Source: Promethearchaeota archaeon (GTDB lineage Archaea > Asgardarchaeota > Lokiarchaeia > Sigyniarchaeales > SOKP01). From it: a stretch of DNA of 64,000 nt. The notes below the pieces were generated by a model. That model ran no database searches. It was not told the DNA's origin and worked only from the letters and a program-made list of their open reading frames with translations. The stretch spans positions 1-64,000 of the forward strand of contig JAFGGO010000158.1 in NCBI GenBank assembly GCA_016930515.1, in the 5' to 3' direction. Positions 53,153-63,679 of this stretch are shown piece after piece (within the stretch, counting starts at the first letter, position 1; the number at the start of each line of letters is the position of its first letter). The position numbers and the translations under genes were made by a program.

Positions 53153-55936
53153 ATGGTAGAATACGACCCTCGGAAGATAGAAGAAAAATGGCAATCTAAA
53201 TGGGAAAAGGATAAGATCTTTAAGGTAAGAAAGAATAAGAACAAAAAAAAATATTATGTCTTGGAGATGTACCCTTATCCCTCTGGAAAATTGCACATGG
53301 GACACCTTAGAAATTACACCATCGGAGACTGCGTTGCAAGGTACAAGCGAATGAACGGATTCAATGTCCTCTATCCAATGGGCTACGATTCGTTTGGAAT
53401 GCCCGCAGAAAATGCCGCAATAGATCACGGGACTAATCCCGAAGAATGGACAGATAAAAACATCGAAACCATGCAAGGTCAACAGAAAAGAATAGGTCTT
53501 TCGTACGATTGGTCCCGAATGGTCTATAGCCACGATCCACACTATTATAAGTACGACCAATGGTTTTTCTTGAAGATGCACGAAAAAGGCTTGGCTTACA
53601 AGCAAGAAAGTTATGTTAACTGGTGTCCCAAGTGCGCCACGGTTCTCGCAAACGAGCAAGCCCAAGGAGGAAAATGTTGGCGCTGCAATTCAATCGTTGA
53701 TCAGAAGTTTCTCACGCAATGGTTCTTGAAAATTCGAGATTACGCCGAGGAACTTCTAAAGGGACTCGATTCTGTGGATTGGCCTGATAAAGTTAAAATC
53801 ATGCAAAAGAATTGGATCGGTCGTTCAGAAGGATCCATCATCAAGTTTCCCATAGTTGGCGAAAAAAGGACCATTGACATATTCACGACGCGACCAGACA
53901 CGATTTTCGGGGTAACTTTCATGGTATTTGCGCCCGAACACCCTTGGATTCGCAAATGGGTTAAAGGAACGGAATATCAGGAAAAATTTGAAAGGTTTTA
54001 CGAAGAAGTAATGCGACAAAACAAGTTCGAACGTACTGATGCAGATATTGAAAAAAAAGGCATGTTTGTTGGAAAATACGCCATCAATCCAATGACTGAT
54101 GAAAAAGTCCCAATATACATTGGAAATTTCGTCATATATGAGTATGGCGCTGGTGCTGTCATGGCTGTCCCGGGTCACGATCAACGGGACTTTGAATTCG
54201 CAAGGGAATACGACATTCCAATAAAAGTTGTCATACAACCTCCCGATTACGAAATAAACCCTGAAAAAATGTCCAGGGCCTATGTAGCTGATGGTGTCTT
54301 GGTCAACTCTGGGGATTTTGACGGAATTGACAATCAAAACGCCATGGGGGCAATTACCAATAAGCTTGCCCAAAAAGGCACCGGTCAAGCGACGATCAAC
54401 TATAAGCTAAGAGATTGGGGAATATCTCGGCAAAGATATTGGGGGTGTCCCATTCCAATAATCTATTGCGATAAGTGCGGTACCGTGCCCGTGCCTTATG
54501 AAGATCTGCCTGTTCAATTGCCAAAAGATGTGTCTTTTACGGGTTCTGGGAATCCTCTCGAAACTAGCAAAGCTTACTTGAATGTAAAATGTCCACGATG
54601 TGGAAACAAGGCGCGTAGAGAAACGGACACGATGGACACCTTCGTCGACTCTTCGTGGTATTTCTTCGCATTTTGTGATCCTCGATCCAAGGATGTACCT
54701 TTTAGAAAGGATCAAGTAGATTATTGGGGCAATGTTGATCAATACATTGGTGGAATCGAGCACGCGGTATTGCACTTGATTTACGCTCGATTTTGGACGA
54801 AAGTTGGAAGGGATCTCGGACTCCATTCGCACGACGAACCGTTCCAACGATTGCTCACTCAAGGCATGATAAATAAATCTCATCCGTATTGCGAAAAATG
54901 CGACCGGTTCGCAATGAAAGCCGAAATGAACGATAAAAAATGCAAGCTATGTAATTCCGATTACGCTCTAAAAAGCGTTAAAATGAGCAAGAGTTACGGA
55001 AATACGGTTGATCCCACTACCATTATGAACCAGTACGGTGCTGATGCCGCTCGTTTTTTCATTTTATTTGGAGCAAGTCCCGAATCGGGCTTGGAATGGT
55101 CGGACGAGGGAGTAACCTTCGCTTCGAAATTCGTTAAAAAAATCTTCAAATTACTAACGGAAGCCCCCACACGTGTTAAAGAGAAGATAACGACGAGAGA
55201 TGTATTGATTGATTATCATCTTAATAAGACCATCAAGGAAGTTTCGCGCGATTTGGAAACAATCACCATTCGAAACTCAGTCAACACCATCGTACAATTT
55301 TCTTCTGAACTTGAAAAATACAAAAAAGAAGGGGTTGTAACGGAAATTTTTGAGCGATCTGCGAATCAGCTCGTAAAAATCCTTCACCCAATTGCCCCTC
55401 ATTTAACCGAAGAAATCTGGGAAAGTATGGGAAACGAGGATTATCTAAGCTTGCAATCGTGGCCTCTCCCAGACGAAAAAGTACTCACGGAAGAAAACGA
55501 GCACAAATGGATCTTCATGAACTCGCTTTTTGAAGATATCAACCACATCATGTTAATGCTGAAACGGGAAAAAATAGAAAAAATTACAATCATAATAGCG
55601 GCTAAATGGAAATTCGAGATGTATCCAAAGATGATGCAATTGATTGATAAGACGAAAAACCAAGGAGAAATTATCAAAACATTGATGAACGATTCTAAAT
55701 TAAAGCCTCAAGGAAAAATAATCAGTCAAATTGTTGGAAAAATCCTTAAAGGTATTGGGAAATATCCTAAATACTCCATGACGCAGGAAAACGAGAAGAA
55801 CTTTTACGACGAAATAAAACCAATCATTGGGAAGAAATACGATTGTAAAGCCGAAATGCTTATCGAAGAGAACGCCAAGGGCATCGATAAGGCCGTTCAA
55901 GCGCTTCCAGGAAAACCCGTGATAATTATTGAGTAA
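53153..55936 (+). CDS. leuS: Leucyl-tRNA synthetase: bacterial-type core, archaeal-type C-terminal domain
   Basis: YVLEMYPYPSGKLHMGH, PAENAAI, TVLANEQ, FTTRPDT, RDWGISRQRYWG, TMDTFVDSSWY, KMSKS; ends KAVQALPGKPVIIIE; ATG 53153 (the ORF track starts at TTG 53135). Confidence 0.95.
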   Translation: MVEYDPRKIEEKWQSKWEKDKIFKVRKNKNKKKYYVLEMYPYPSGKLHMGHLRNYTIGDCVARYKRMNGFNVLYPMGYDSFGMPAENAAIDHGTNPEEWTDKNIETMQGQQKRIGLSYDWSRMVYSHDPHYYKYDQWFFLKMHEKGLAYKQESYVNWCPKCATVLANEQAQGGKCWRCNSIVDQKFLTQWFLKIRDYAEELLKGLDSVDWPDKVKIMQKNWIGRSEGSIIKFPIVGEKRTIDIFTTRPDTIFGVTFMVFAPEHPWIRKWVKGTEYQEKFERFYEEVMRQNKFERTDADIEKKGMFVGKYAINPMTDEKVPIYIGNFVIYEYGAGAVMAVPGHDQRDFEFAREYDIPIKVVIQPPDYEINPEKMSRAYVADGVLVNSGDFDGIDNQNAMGAITNKLAQKGTGQATINYKLRDWGISRQRYWGCPIPIIYCDKCGTVPVPYEDLPVQLPKDVSFTGSGNPLETSKAYLNVKCPRCGNKARRETDTMDTFVDSSWYFFAFCDPRSKDVPFRKDQVDYWGNVDQYIGGIEHAVLHLIYARFWTKVGRDLGLHSHDEPFQRLLTQGMINKSHPYCEKCDRFAMKAEMNDKKCKLCNSDYALKSVKMSKSYGNTVDPTTIMNQYGADAARFFILFGASPESGLEWSDEGVTFASKFVKKIFKLLTEAPTRVKEKITTRDVLIDYHLNKTIKEVSRDLETITIRNSVNTIVQFSSELEKYKKEGVVTEIFERSANQLVKILHPIAPHLTEEIWESMGNEDYLSLQSWPLPDEKVLTEENEHKWIFMNSLFEDINHIMLMLKREKIEKITIIIAAKWKFEMYPKMMQLIDKTKNQGEIIKTLMNDSKLKPQGKIISQIVGKILKGIGKYPKYSMTQENEKNFYDEIKPIIGKKYDCKAEMLIEENAKGIDKAVQALPGKPVIIIE

Positions 55937-56069
55937 TCTCCAAAAATTTAATTTCTTTATACTTATTTGTCGAATATGATGTGAAGTAATTTAAAAGAAG
56001 GAAATCATGCCCATTTTTCGAATCAAGTTTTAAATACTTACGATCATTAATAACCATCACACAAATCTA

Positions 56070-59000
56070 ATGGTTTTTAAACTTTTAATTCAACCATTAA
56101 AAAAAAAAAAATGCAAAATGATAAAAATGACAAAAACATGTTTAAAAAAGCGAACATTAGCCCTAATAGCTTTTTGTTCGTTATCGCTTTTAGGGATATT
56201 CCAGCTTAGCTTTTCGGTTGTCGCAGCTGAACAAGAAGGAACGGGGGCAGAAATTAACGTCACAGCCACCGATCCCTGGGGGTATGCCGCTTTTGTTCCA
56301 ACAACAAACCATTACGCTTACGCAGTATATCAAGGAACCAATCAGGCGGGATTTAGATTGTTTAATTGGCTTGAAGGTTCTGTTTATACAGAATCTATGA
56401 GTTATCCTGGATTAGACATTTCTGAATATTATCCTCGAATTGAGGACGATTTATTGCTTGATAGTACCACGAACCTTCCCTACATCGATCCTTGGAACGA
56501 TGTGAGGTGGCTAGAGGTTAACGCTGGAACTTCAGAAAATTCTACCATCAGTCCATTTGAAGCGAACGCAGTTTACAATCGATTTACCATGACAGAAGGT
56601 TCCTCGTTAGCGGTTGAAGTTGAGCAATACCTGCCCATCGAAGTCGACATAGCAATTACTAGCACGGGGCCTAAAGCGCTCAAGGTTGATTTTCTTGACG
56701 ACGATGCGGTTGGAAGCTTTTCAAGTTCGAGACTAGTATCGCCATCGGGAGACCTGCTGGGCTCCTCTCTTGTTCCCGTGACTTATAACGCTATGTTTGG
56801 GGGAGTAACACAATTTTACTACATTCCTTTCGTTGCTCACGAAACTGGAACCTATCGTTTATTACTTCATTCCACATCCACTCTCACGGGATTTTTGAAA
56901 TTGGAATTTGTTAGCGTTGGAAAGGCATCCATTTCTCGCAACACGCTTACGACCGTTGGAAATTCTGACAATAATCCAAATGTTCAAGAAATGTTTGACG
57001 ATACTTGGAGGATGGATTGGTATTCGATAAGTGGAAGCAAGGGTGATAAAATCACTCTTCAATACGGTTGGGATTATTTTGTTGCAGCACCAACGATACT
57101 ACTCTGGCAGCAGATGCCAAACGGTGTCTATGTGCCCACTGATATCTCGGGAGTAACTGATAAAATTCCGATTTGTTTCCTTGAATCGACCAATGTATAT
57201 GTCACCGTGGATCCCGGTATGAATGGAATAATGTATCGATTATCGATGCTCGCAAAAACCGTTCCAATTACCGATTACACGATCGGAGAAGACCTTAGCA
57301 TCGAAACCACGAGGGGCGAATACAAAGCGGTTAGCTTCAGGATAAGAGAAAGTTCGTTCGTGAGGTTCAACTACTCGACCTCCGGTTCAGGATTACCCAC
57401 TCCACCGAGCAGTTTCATCTACATTGATTCGAGCGAACTAAACGTTGAGCCCACGGTTGATCCCATTGATACAAAGACTGGTATGTACGGAGAAACCTAC
57501 GATTATTATTACTTGCTTCCAGGGGAATACGAATTCTTCGTGGTGAGTAGTGATACTAGTTATAATGGTATCTTCGAGATCAGTTCGACGATCGTTGAAG
57601 AAGACTCGACCGTGATTCCCATTACTGATATGAGTTATGGTATGGGTTGGACCGATATATCTATGGCAGGTATCACATTTGAAGAAGATCCGTACGAATA
57701 TTATATCAGGCAGGGATTGTGGACAACAGTAGAAATTACCGAAGATGGACAATATTTTTTCGTGGCGAACATCACGAATAGCGATAATTCCATACCAACT
57801 TCTGTTGCTCCGTCGCATGTCATCGCTTACAACTACACGAGCGATGAATATGTCGATGTCACGGCACAAGCGCTCGCCTTGGACGGGTCTACTTTCGAAA
57901 CCTTTCAAAATACAAACGATCGCCTTTACATTGCCTATACTGACAAGTGGCACGACATGGAATTTAACCTGACCGTGGCTGGATCGGGTACTGCCGAATC
58001 CATGTATGTATGGGACGGTGCTTGGTCCGGTATCACGCGCACCGATACTACTAATAATTTCCAGGATAACGGATCGATGGTCTTAAGCTATGCAGATGGA
58101 GATTATCTCGATTGGATCAGGGGTCAGGGCACCTTCGACCTTCCGAGCTTGGAAGAGAACGATTTTTACTGGATTCGAATTAATTGTGGGACATCGTCTC
58201 CTGTATTCGACTATATCAGGCTTTCTAATGTCACAATAGAACCCGCTCTCAATTATGTGTTGTTACAAGATAGTGAGTATGTGTATGGCGATTACCTACT
58301 TGACACACCTATTGCGATATATGATTTTGACGATTGGTTGATCAGTCCGACTCCAGGTTACGAACTCGATACGGGACTATCACAAGTATTGGCTTCTTCG
58401 TTTTTAAACGCAGGAACCTACAAGTTATTGCTGATTCCGGAAGATTGTCCAAGAATGGGAAGTGTAACGCTACGATTAGGCTTATATAATACAATTGGAG
58501 CGACGCGCCAGTCTAGTTATACTACCTCAATTCCAGTGCCCATCATACACGATTTTAATATGACAACTGGTATCACGGATAGCACGCATCCTTACAACTA
58601 TACGACATATCCTTTTAATATTAATCCCGCTCCGTTTAACGCAACATTATATGCTAATAGCTTGGTGATAGAATGCACTGGAGGGACGGAATACGCTTGG
58701 ACGCAATTATTTGCAACCGTGGAAAACGCTACATTCTCTCAAGTTCAGATCTGGCAGGATCTTGATTGGCAGAGCGGAGCAGGACCCGCAGGTGATTATA
58801 ACTCCATATATAATGGTGCTGGTGTTACTACTTTTGCGGACGAGTTTGGAGTGTTTTTAGATCACTTCTATTTAGTCTTTTTCTACACTCCCACTGTGCC
58901 GTTGAACGACTTGGTAGAATTTAAGATCGGGTTAAGCCAATACGACACGCCGATCTTTACGACCGCAGATAGAACGGTGAGCACGCCTGCTCCTGGAATT

Positions 59001-59099
59001 CCAACGGAGACTATCGTGTTCATCGTTGTTGGGGTAGGTATTGGAGCTGGAGCTGTCATCGTCGTCGCTTACGTCTATAAGAAAAGGAAAGGCGTCTAA
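56070..59099 (+). CDS. Large secreted cell-surface (glyco)protein with C-terminal membrane anchor
   Basis: Basic-hydrophobic signal peptide ending VVAA; acidic Y/T/D-rich beta body with sequons; C-terminal PGIP-TM-KKRK. True start probably ATG 56118 or 56127. Confidence 0.8.
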   Translation: MVFKLLIQPLKKKKCKMIKMTKTCLKKRTLALIAFCSLSLLGIFQLSFSVVAAEQEGTGAEINVTATDPWGYAAFVPTTNHYAYAVYQGTNQAGFRLFNWLEGSVYTESMSYPGLDISEYYPRIEDDLLLDSTTNLPYIDPWNDVRWLEVNAGTSENSTISPFEANAVYNRFTMTEGSSLAVEVEQYLPIEVDIAITSTGPKALKVDFLDDDAVGSFSSSRLVSPSGDLLGSSLVPVTYNAMFGGVTQFYYIPFVAHETGTYRLLLHSTSTLTGFLKLEFVSVGKASISRNTLTTVGNSDNNPNVQEMFDDTWRMDWYSISGSKGDKITLQYGWDYFVAAPTILLWQQMPNGVYVPTDISGVTDKIPICFLESTNVYVTVDPGMNGIMYRLSMLAKTVPITDYTIGEDLSIETTRGEYKAVSFRIRESSFVRFNYSTSGSGLPTPPSSFIYIDSSELNVEPTVDPIDTKTGMYGETYDYYYLLPGEYEFFVVSSDTSYNGIFEISSTIVEEDSTVIPITDMSYGMGWTDISMAGITFEEDPYEYYIRQGLWTTVEITEDGQYFFVANITNSDNSIPTSVAPSHVIAYNYTSDEYVDVTAQALALDGSTFETFQNTNDRLYIAYTDKWHDMEFNLTVAGSGTAESMYVWDGAWSGITRTDTTNNFQDNGSMVLSYADGDYLDWIRGQGTFDLPSLEENDFYWIRINCGTSSPVFDYIRLSNVTIEPALNYVLLQDSEYVYGDYLLDTPIAIYDFDDWLISPTPGYELDTGLSQVLASSFLNAGTYKLLLIPEDCPRMGSVTLRLGLYNTIGATRQSSYTTSIPVPIIHDFNMTTGITDSTHPYNYTTYPFNINPAPFNATLYANSLVIECTGGTEYAWTQLFATVENATFSQVQIWQDLDWQSGAGPAGDYNSIYNGAGVTTFADEFGVFLDHFYLVFFYTPTVPLNDLVEFKIGLSQYDTPIFTTADRTVSTPAPGIPTETIVFIVVGVGIGAGAVIVVAYVYKKRKGV

Positions 59100-59283
59100 A
59101 TATCAAATACTAAATTTTTAACTTTTTTTTTTACAATTTTTTTAAAATACAAATTTTTCTGATTTACGAGTTATCATCAAAATATCTTTTGAACCTATAA
59201 TTTGTTTTAACATTAAAAAGAACGATTAAAATAAGAAGATGTTTTTACAAGAGAGGAATATTATTATAATATAAAGGTTATCT

Positions 59284-59898
59284 ATGATATCAATGGTAGA
59301 AGATTTTAACTTAAAGGAACATGTGTTCTTTTTTGGCATAGGAAGGTACCAAGCCAACGATACCTTTTTCAATTGGGAGTCAATGAAATATCCTAAATCG
59401 AGCTATTTCGAGTTAAAGCTCACCAGAAACGCCCCAGCAAAAAATGAATTTTATTGCGTGAATAGGGACGATGTAAAACTGGTATATTATGTTCACGGGG
59501 ATACCGACGCAGTTTTTACCATTGGGGCGCGACCCATCGTGCAATCGCAGACGTTAGAAGCCCTCATCGAACATTTAATCGAGCAATTCTTTGACATGTA
59601 TGATAGTTCCCTTCTATATTCTTGTTATGGAGATACTTGCCATATTTTTAACGCATTTGATTCTATCATCAAGAATGCTCTTGAAAACTTCAAAAAACTT
59701 GATTTGGTTAAATTCGCTCGCGTGAACTGCTCGCTTTGCCAAAAAACAATCGTAGTTATCGTAAAAAAATCAATAATTGAAAACTCGAAAAAAACTACCA
59801 TACCTTTTGTTTACGTGCATTCTGGGCACTCAATTTTAATCTATTTCGACCGAAATTTTAAAATTCGTGGAAGCGAATTCGTGACGCTTTCTTATTGA
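59284..59898 (+). CDS. Hypothetical protein, longin-like N-part and C-terminal CxxC...HxxH metal-binding module
   Basis: Beta-beta-alpha pattern ending LIEQFFDMY...FNAFDSII; CSLC...HSGH...YFDRNFKIRG. Confidence 0.55.
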   Translation: MISMVEDFNLKEHVFFFGIGRYQANDTFFNWESMKYPKSSYFELKLTRNAPAKNEFYCVNRDDVKLVYYVHGDTDAVFTIGARPIVQSQTLEALIEHLIEQFFDMYDSSLLYSCYGDTCHIFNAFDSIIKNALENFKKLDLVKFARVNCSLCQKTIVVIVKKSIIENSKKTTIPFVYVHSGHSILIYFDRNFKIRGSEFVTLSY

Positions 59899-59990
59899 AT
59901 TCTGTCATTTTCTCATCAGATCAAATGCAAAAATTTTAATGATCGAAGCTTTACCTTTAGTCTAAGACGATAGAGGTAAACCAACAACAA

Positions 59991-60866
59991 ATGACTATTT
60001 TCGAATTAAGCATTATAAGCACGACGGGACATCCGTATTACAATGTAAAACTTAACGACATTCCAGAAGGAGTGATAGTTAGTCTTAGGTTCTTTGATTT
60101 TTCTCATGAACTTGACGAAGATGAGCTAATCGATCCTGAATCTCGTGCTGAACTCACGGCAGGGTTAATATCTGCCTTGTTTGAATTTTCTCGAGCTATT
60201 GATAAAAAAATTCACGCATTGGAATTTCAATCTCGAAGTGTATCAAAAAATATCAACATCCCTCCTCCTGAGAACGCATCCGATACGCTCATCACGTGCA
60301 TGTCTGAATCGTTCCTCAACAAGAATGCCATAAAAAAAAAAATAACACTATTATATCATGCTGTTATCGAACCTAAAATCCCTCTTATAACGGCTGACGA
60401 ATTACTAACGCCGGAACAGGACTTGATCTGGAATATATTAACTGACAATGACGCGAGAACTCATTTTAAAAATAAGGAAAAGATTTTTTCCAAGGTTGCT
60501 AACGAAATTATAATGGAATACAGGAACACTCGTCTCGAAGGAATTTGCGTTTTTTCCTTTGATTATTCCATTTTAGGAATTTATGGTTCAAAATATTCCT
60601 TGGAAGCCATTACCACCATTTTAAGAGACCTTAAGGAATTACCCGAGGTAATTCCACGCCATTCAAAGGTTATTAGCTTTAATTTCCAAGAAGAAGATTC
60701 CTACTTGATTTTCATGCATTCGGGTATCGAAATTACCATCGAAATTTTAACAGATAAATTGTTTGAACCCTTTTATTATTGTTATATATGCAATTCTAAG
60801 GTTATAGATGATGATGTTGTAAATAAAATAACAAGACAATTGAACGATGTCTTGGAGGGAATATAA
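59991..60866 (+). CDS. Hypothetical protein with longin-like N-terminal domain and a second roadblock/longin-like domain
   Basis: IFELSIISTTGHPYY and LTAGLISALFEFS match the longin beta1-beta2/alpha1 pattern; second domain LEGICVFSFD. Confidence 0.6.
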   Translation: MTIFELSIISTTGHPYYNVKLNDIPEGVIVSLRFFDFSHELDEDELIDPESRAELTAGLISALFEFSRAIDKKIHALEFQSRSVSKNINIPPPENASDTLITCMSESFLNKNAIKKKITLLYHAVIEPKIPLITADELLTPEQDLIWNILTDNDARTHFKNKEKIFSKVANEIIMEYRNTRLEGICVFSFDYSILGIYGSKYSLEAITTILRDLKELPEVIPRHSKVISFNFQEEDSYLIFMHSGIEITIEILTDKLFEPFYYCYICNSKVIDDDVVNKITRQLNDVLEGI

Positions 60867-60871
60867 TCAGT

Positions 60872-61636
60872 TTAAATATTGGTTGCTGCTTTTATGATTT
60901 CGTGGAAGGAATCTGCTTGAAGTGATGCGCCTCCTACCAAGGCTCCGTCAATGTTCGCTTGTTTAAATAATTCCAAAGCGTTCGATGGATTTACCGAACC
61001 ACCGTATTGAATTCTCACGGTGTCAGCAACTTCGTTGTTATAAATCCCGGCTATAGTATCTCTTATAAAAGCGTGAATCTCTTCTGCCTGTTCTGGTGTT
61101 GCCGTCTTACCCGTCCCAATAGCCCATATGGGCTCGTAAGCAATGACGGTTTTGACCATTTCTTCGGGGGATAGGCCTTGAAAAGAACCCATAATTTGCT
61201 TTTCAACGATTTCCTTGGTTTTACCCTCTTCCCGTTCTTCTAGATGTTCACCAATGCATGCTATGGGGTTTAAACCCGTTGAAAGCGCTTTTTTCAATTT
61301 TTTATTAACTAAATCGTCGTTTTCCTTGAAAATATCTCTTCTTTCGCTATGACCGAGAATCACGTATTCGCAACCCAAAGCTTTCAGGAATCCAGGTGCT
61401 ACTTCGCCCGTGAAGGCGCCTTTATCCTCGTAATACATGTTCTGGGCACCAATTTTTATAGAGGTGCCTTTTGTTACTTCGCACGCTTTATGGACGCTCG
61501 TATACGGGGGCGCAACCACGATGTCAATGTTATTGTAATCGTTTACGAGAGGGATAAGCTTGACAAGCATCTCCTCCGCTTCTATGGGTAATCCCCTGTT
61601 CATCTTCCAATTTCCTCCAATTATTGGCTTTCTCAA
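60872..61636 (-). CDS. tpiA: Triosephosphate isomerase (bacterial/eukaryal type)
   Basis: GGNWKMN, GAFTGEV, GHSERR, AYEPIWAIGTG, YGGSV, LVGGASL. Confidence 0.97.
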   Translation of the reverse strand: MRKPIIGGNWKMNRGLPIEAEEMLVKLIPLVNDYNNIDIVVAPPYTSVHKACEVTKGTSIKIGAQNMYYEDKGAFTGEVAPGFLKALGCEYVILGHSERRDIFKENDDLVNKKLKKALSTGLNPIACIGEHLEEREEGKTKEIVEKQIMGSFQGLSPEEMVKTVIAYEPIWAIGTGKTATPEQAEEIHAFIRDTIAGIYNNEVADTVRIQYGGSVNPSNALELFKQANIDGALVGGASLQADSFHEIIKAATNI

Positions 61637-61738
61637 CTTTTTTTACAACTCCTCTGACTCAATTATTGGTGACCGATGAAATCTTATAATGAATCTACGA
61701 TAATTTAAAGAAATGAGGAAAATACGCAATTTAAAGGA

Positions 61739-62242
61739 TTAGTCCTTCTTGGGTAATTTTTCAGGTAATTTTGTGGCTTCCAATATCTTCTTTATTTCCT
61801 CTAAATCGGGAGCCAAGATGCTCGGCAAGCCTAATTGCTGCCTTCTTTTTTCAATAGCGGGTTGCATGGGTATTGCCTTGCCGTTTTCTAAAATCGTAGC
61901 GGCTTGCGTCGTGTAATAATCGGGAGCTTCCCCTCTCTCAACGCTCATGTTCTTGAGAATGGTGAATATTTCCGTGAGCTCTACTTTCTGAGGGCACACC
62001 TCGTCGCATGTGTCGCACACCGTACAACCCCAAATGTTAAATGTATTTTCTGCACCAAAAATTTTCTCCTTAAGACCTAAAAGAGAATCCAAGATCAATC
62101 TCCGAGGATTGTACTTTCCTCCCGTAACCTGAGCCACGGGGCACGCACCGGAGCATGTCGCACATTGATAACAATAAGCTAGCGTGTTGCCAATGTCGTT
62201 TCCAAGAATTTGATTTCTGAACTTGAAATCTATCGTAGCCAT
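61739..62242 (-). CDS. hdrC: Heterodisulfide reductase subunit C-like 4Fe-4S protein
   Basis: CYQCATCSGACP and WGCTVCDTCDEVCP; NPRRLI. Confidence 0.85.
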   Translation of the reverse strand: MATIDFKFRNQILGNDIGNTLAYCYQCATCSGACPVAQVTGGKYNPRRLILDSLLGLKEKIFGAENTFNIWGCTVCDTCDEVCPQKVELTEIFTILKNMSVERGEAPDYYTTQAATILENGKAIPMQPAIEKRRQQLGLPSILAPDLEEIKKILEATKLPEKLPKKD

Positions 62243-62501
62243 TTTTTCGTCACCATTAAATGCTTCTTAAGTAATTAATATCCTTAGTATAATTTAAGAA
62301 TTTTTAACTATTAAGGTTTTGATAAGTTTTATTCTAAAATTTTGACAAGAATCATTGTTAAAATTTATGGTCCAAAACACGAGAAAATAAATAAATTGTC
62401 ATGTTCGGATAAAATAACAAAACATTTATTTTTTCCATGTTTTATAAAAATAGATCAAACCCATAAAGAAAAATATAACCTACTTGAGATGAAAAAAATC
62501 G

Positions 62502-62846
62502 TTGCATGTTGAAGATTTAAAAAAAGTTGGAATTGATGGGCCTACGGAAGGGAAACTTATTATCGATGTTTATACCACGTGGTGCGGACCGTGTAAGGCC
62601 GTTGCACCAATTCTTCATAAACTCCAAGGCGAAGGGCTTTTTAAACTCGTTCAGGTGGATCTCGATCAGAATCGACCCTTGGGTGAGATCTTCGGAATCA
62701 CGGCAATACCCACGCTTCTATTTTTCAAGGACGGTCAATTATTAGAAAAAACCATAGAAGTTAATGGCCAAGTTTTAGTCAAGAGAGGAATGATGGTAGG
62801 GGCCGCAGGAGAGAGCATTCTCAGAGCCATTGTCGATCAGATGTAG
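62502..62846 (+). CDS. trxA: Thioredoxin
   Basis: WCGPC, AIPTLLFFKDG. Confidence 0.9.
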   Translation: MHVEDLKKVGIDGPTEGKLIIDVYTTWCGPCKAVAPILHKLQGEGLFKLVQVDLDQNRPLGEIFGITAIPTLLFFKDGQLLEKTIEVNGQVLVKRGMMVGAAGESILRAIVDQM

Positions 62847-63144
62847 TAATTTCGGTAAAATAAATAACAATTTCTTTCTTATCCAAACGACCCTTCCGTT
62901 TCTTTTTTTACTCTTCTCTATTAGTGATGGATTTATCGATTACATTACATGCTGATTTTTTAAATGTCACACTATTCCTCTTGTGGAATCTCCTTTATGT
63001 GTGACTTAATGGGGTTTTTTAGAATTTTATTCAAAAGAATTTCGAATTAATTAAAAAATTGCAAATTTTAATACAAATCGTTGTTTTTCAATTATATCAA
63101 AGAGTTATTTAAATTAGTTGTTCGTGAAATAATATCACGTGTAG

Positions 63145-63678
63145 ATGATAATGATGAATAAATCAAGTAACATGACTCGTGAAGAATTGGTAAATTTCGA
63201 AGCTGCAATGAATCAAAGCCGTAACATGATTTATCATTTAATTCGCTTCATGAAAAAAAATAAGACGGTAGATGTAAGGGAAAGGCTGCGAGGAATGGGT
63301 AAAAATATCGCCAGAACATTTTACAATTATTGGAAACCAATCGATGATGTAAATACTTTTAACCTCAAGGATGTTTTGACGACGATATATAAAAAAGTCT
63401 TGGGTAGCTCGATCGTCATTGATATTGATGAAGTTAAAAAAACTATTAAAATAAAAGATTCAAAATGCGCTTTATGTAAATATCATTACGAAGATATAGG
63501 CAATATTGCTGGATGCGAAGTATTGTTAGGCATGTCGTCTGAATTTATCAAGTTAATTAACGAAAATTCAAAAAATCGATCCAAATTGACTTTAATTCCC
63601 ATCGAAGTGAGTGAATCGTTGTCGTATGGCGATGACGCTTGCGTGCAACTTTTTAACTACAAGGAGGGAGGAAAATAA
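63145..63678 (+). CDS. V4R / Bet3-like fold protein
   Basis: ERLRGMGKNIA helix, KDSKCALC, GCEVLLG, ESLSYGDDACV. Confidence 0.65.
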   Translation: MIMMNKSSNMTREELVNFEAAMNQSRNMIYHLIRFMKKNKTVDVRERLRGMGKNIARTFYNYWKPIDDVNTFNLKDVLTTIYKKVLGSSIVIDIDEVKKTIKIKDSKCALCKYHYEDIGNIAGCEVLLGMSSEFIKLINENSKNRSKLTLIPIEVSESLSYGDDACVQLFNYKEGGK

Positions 63679-63679
63679 A

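Noticed and set aside
53081-54883. Antisense ORFs of 158-194 aa over leuS, and the many similar short ORFs over valS, top6B, mcm and others
   Set aside because: Fully or largely overlap well-supported genes; no motifs
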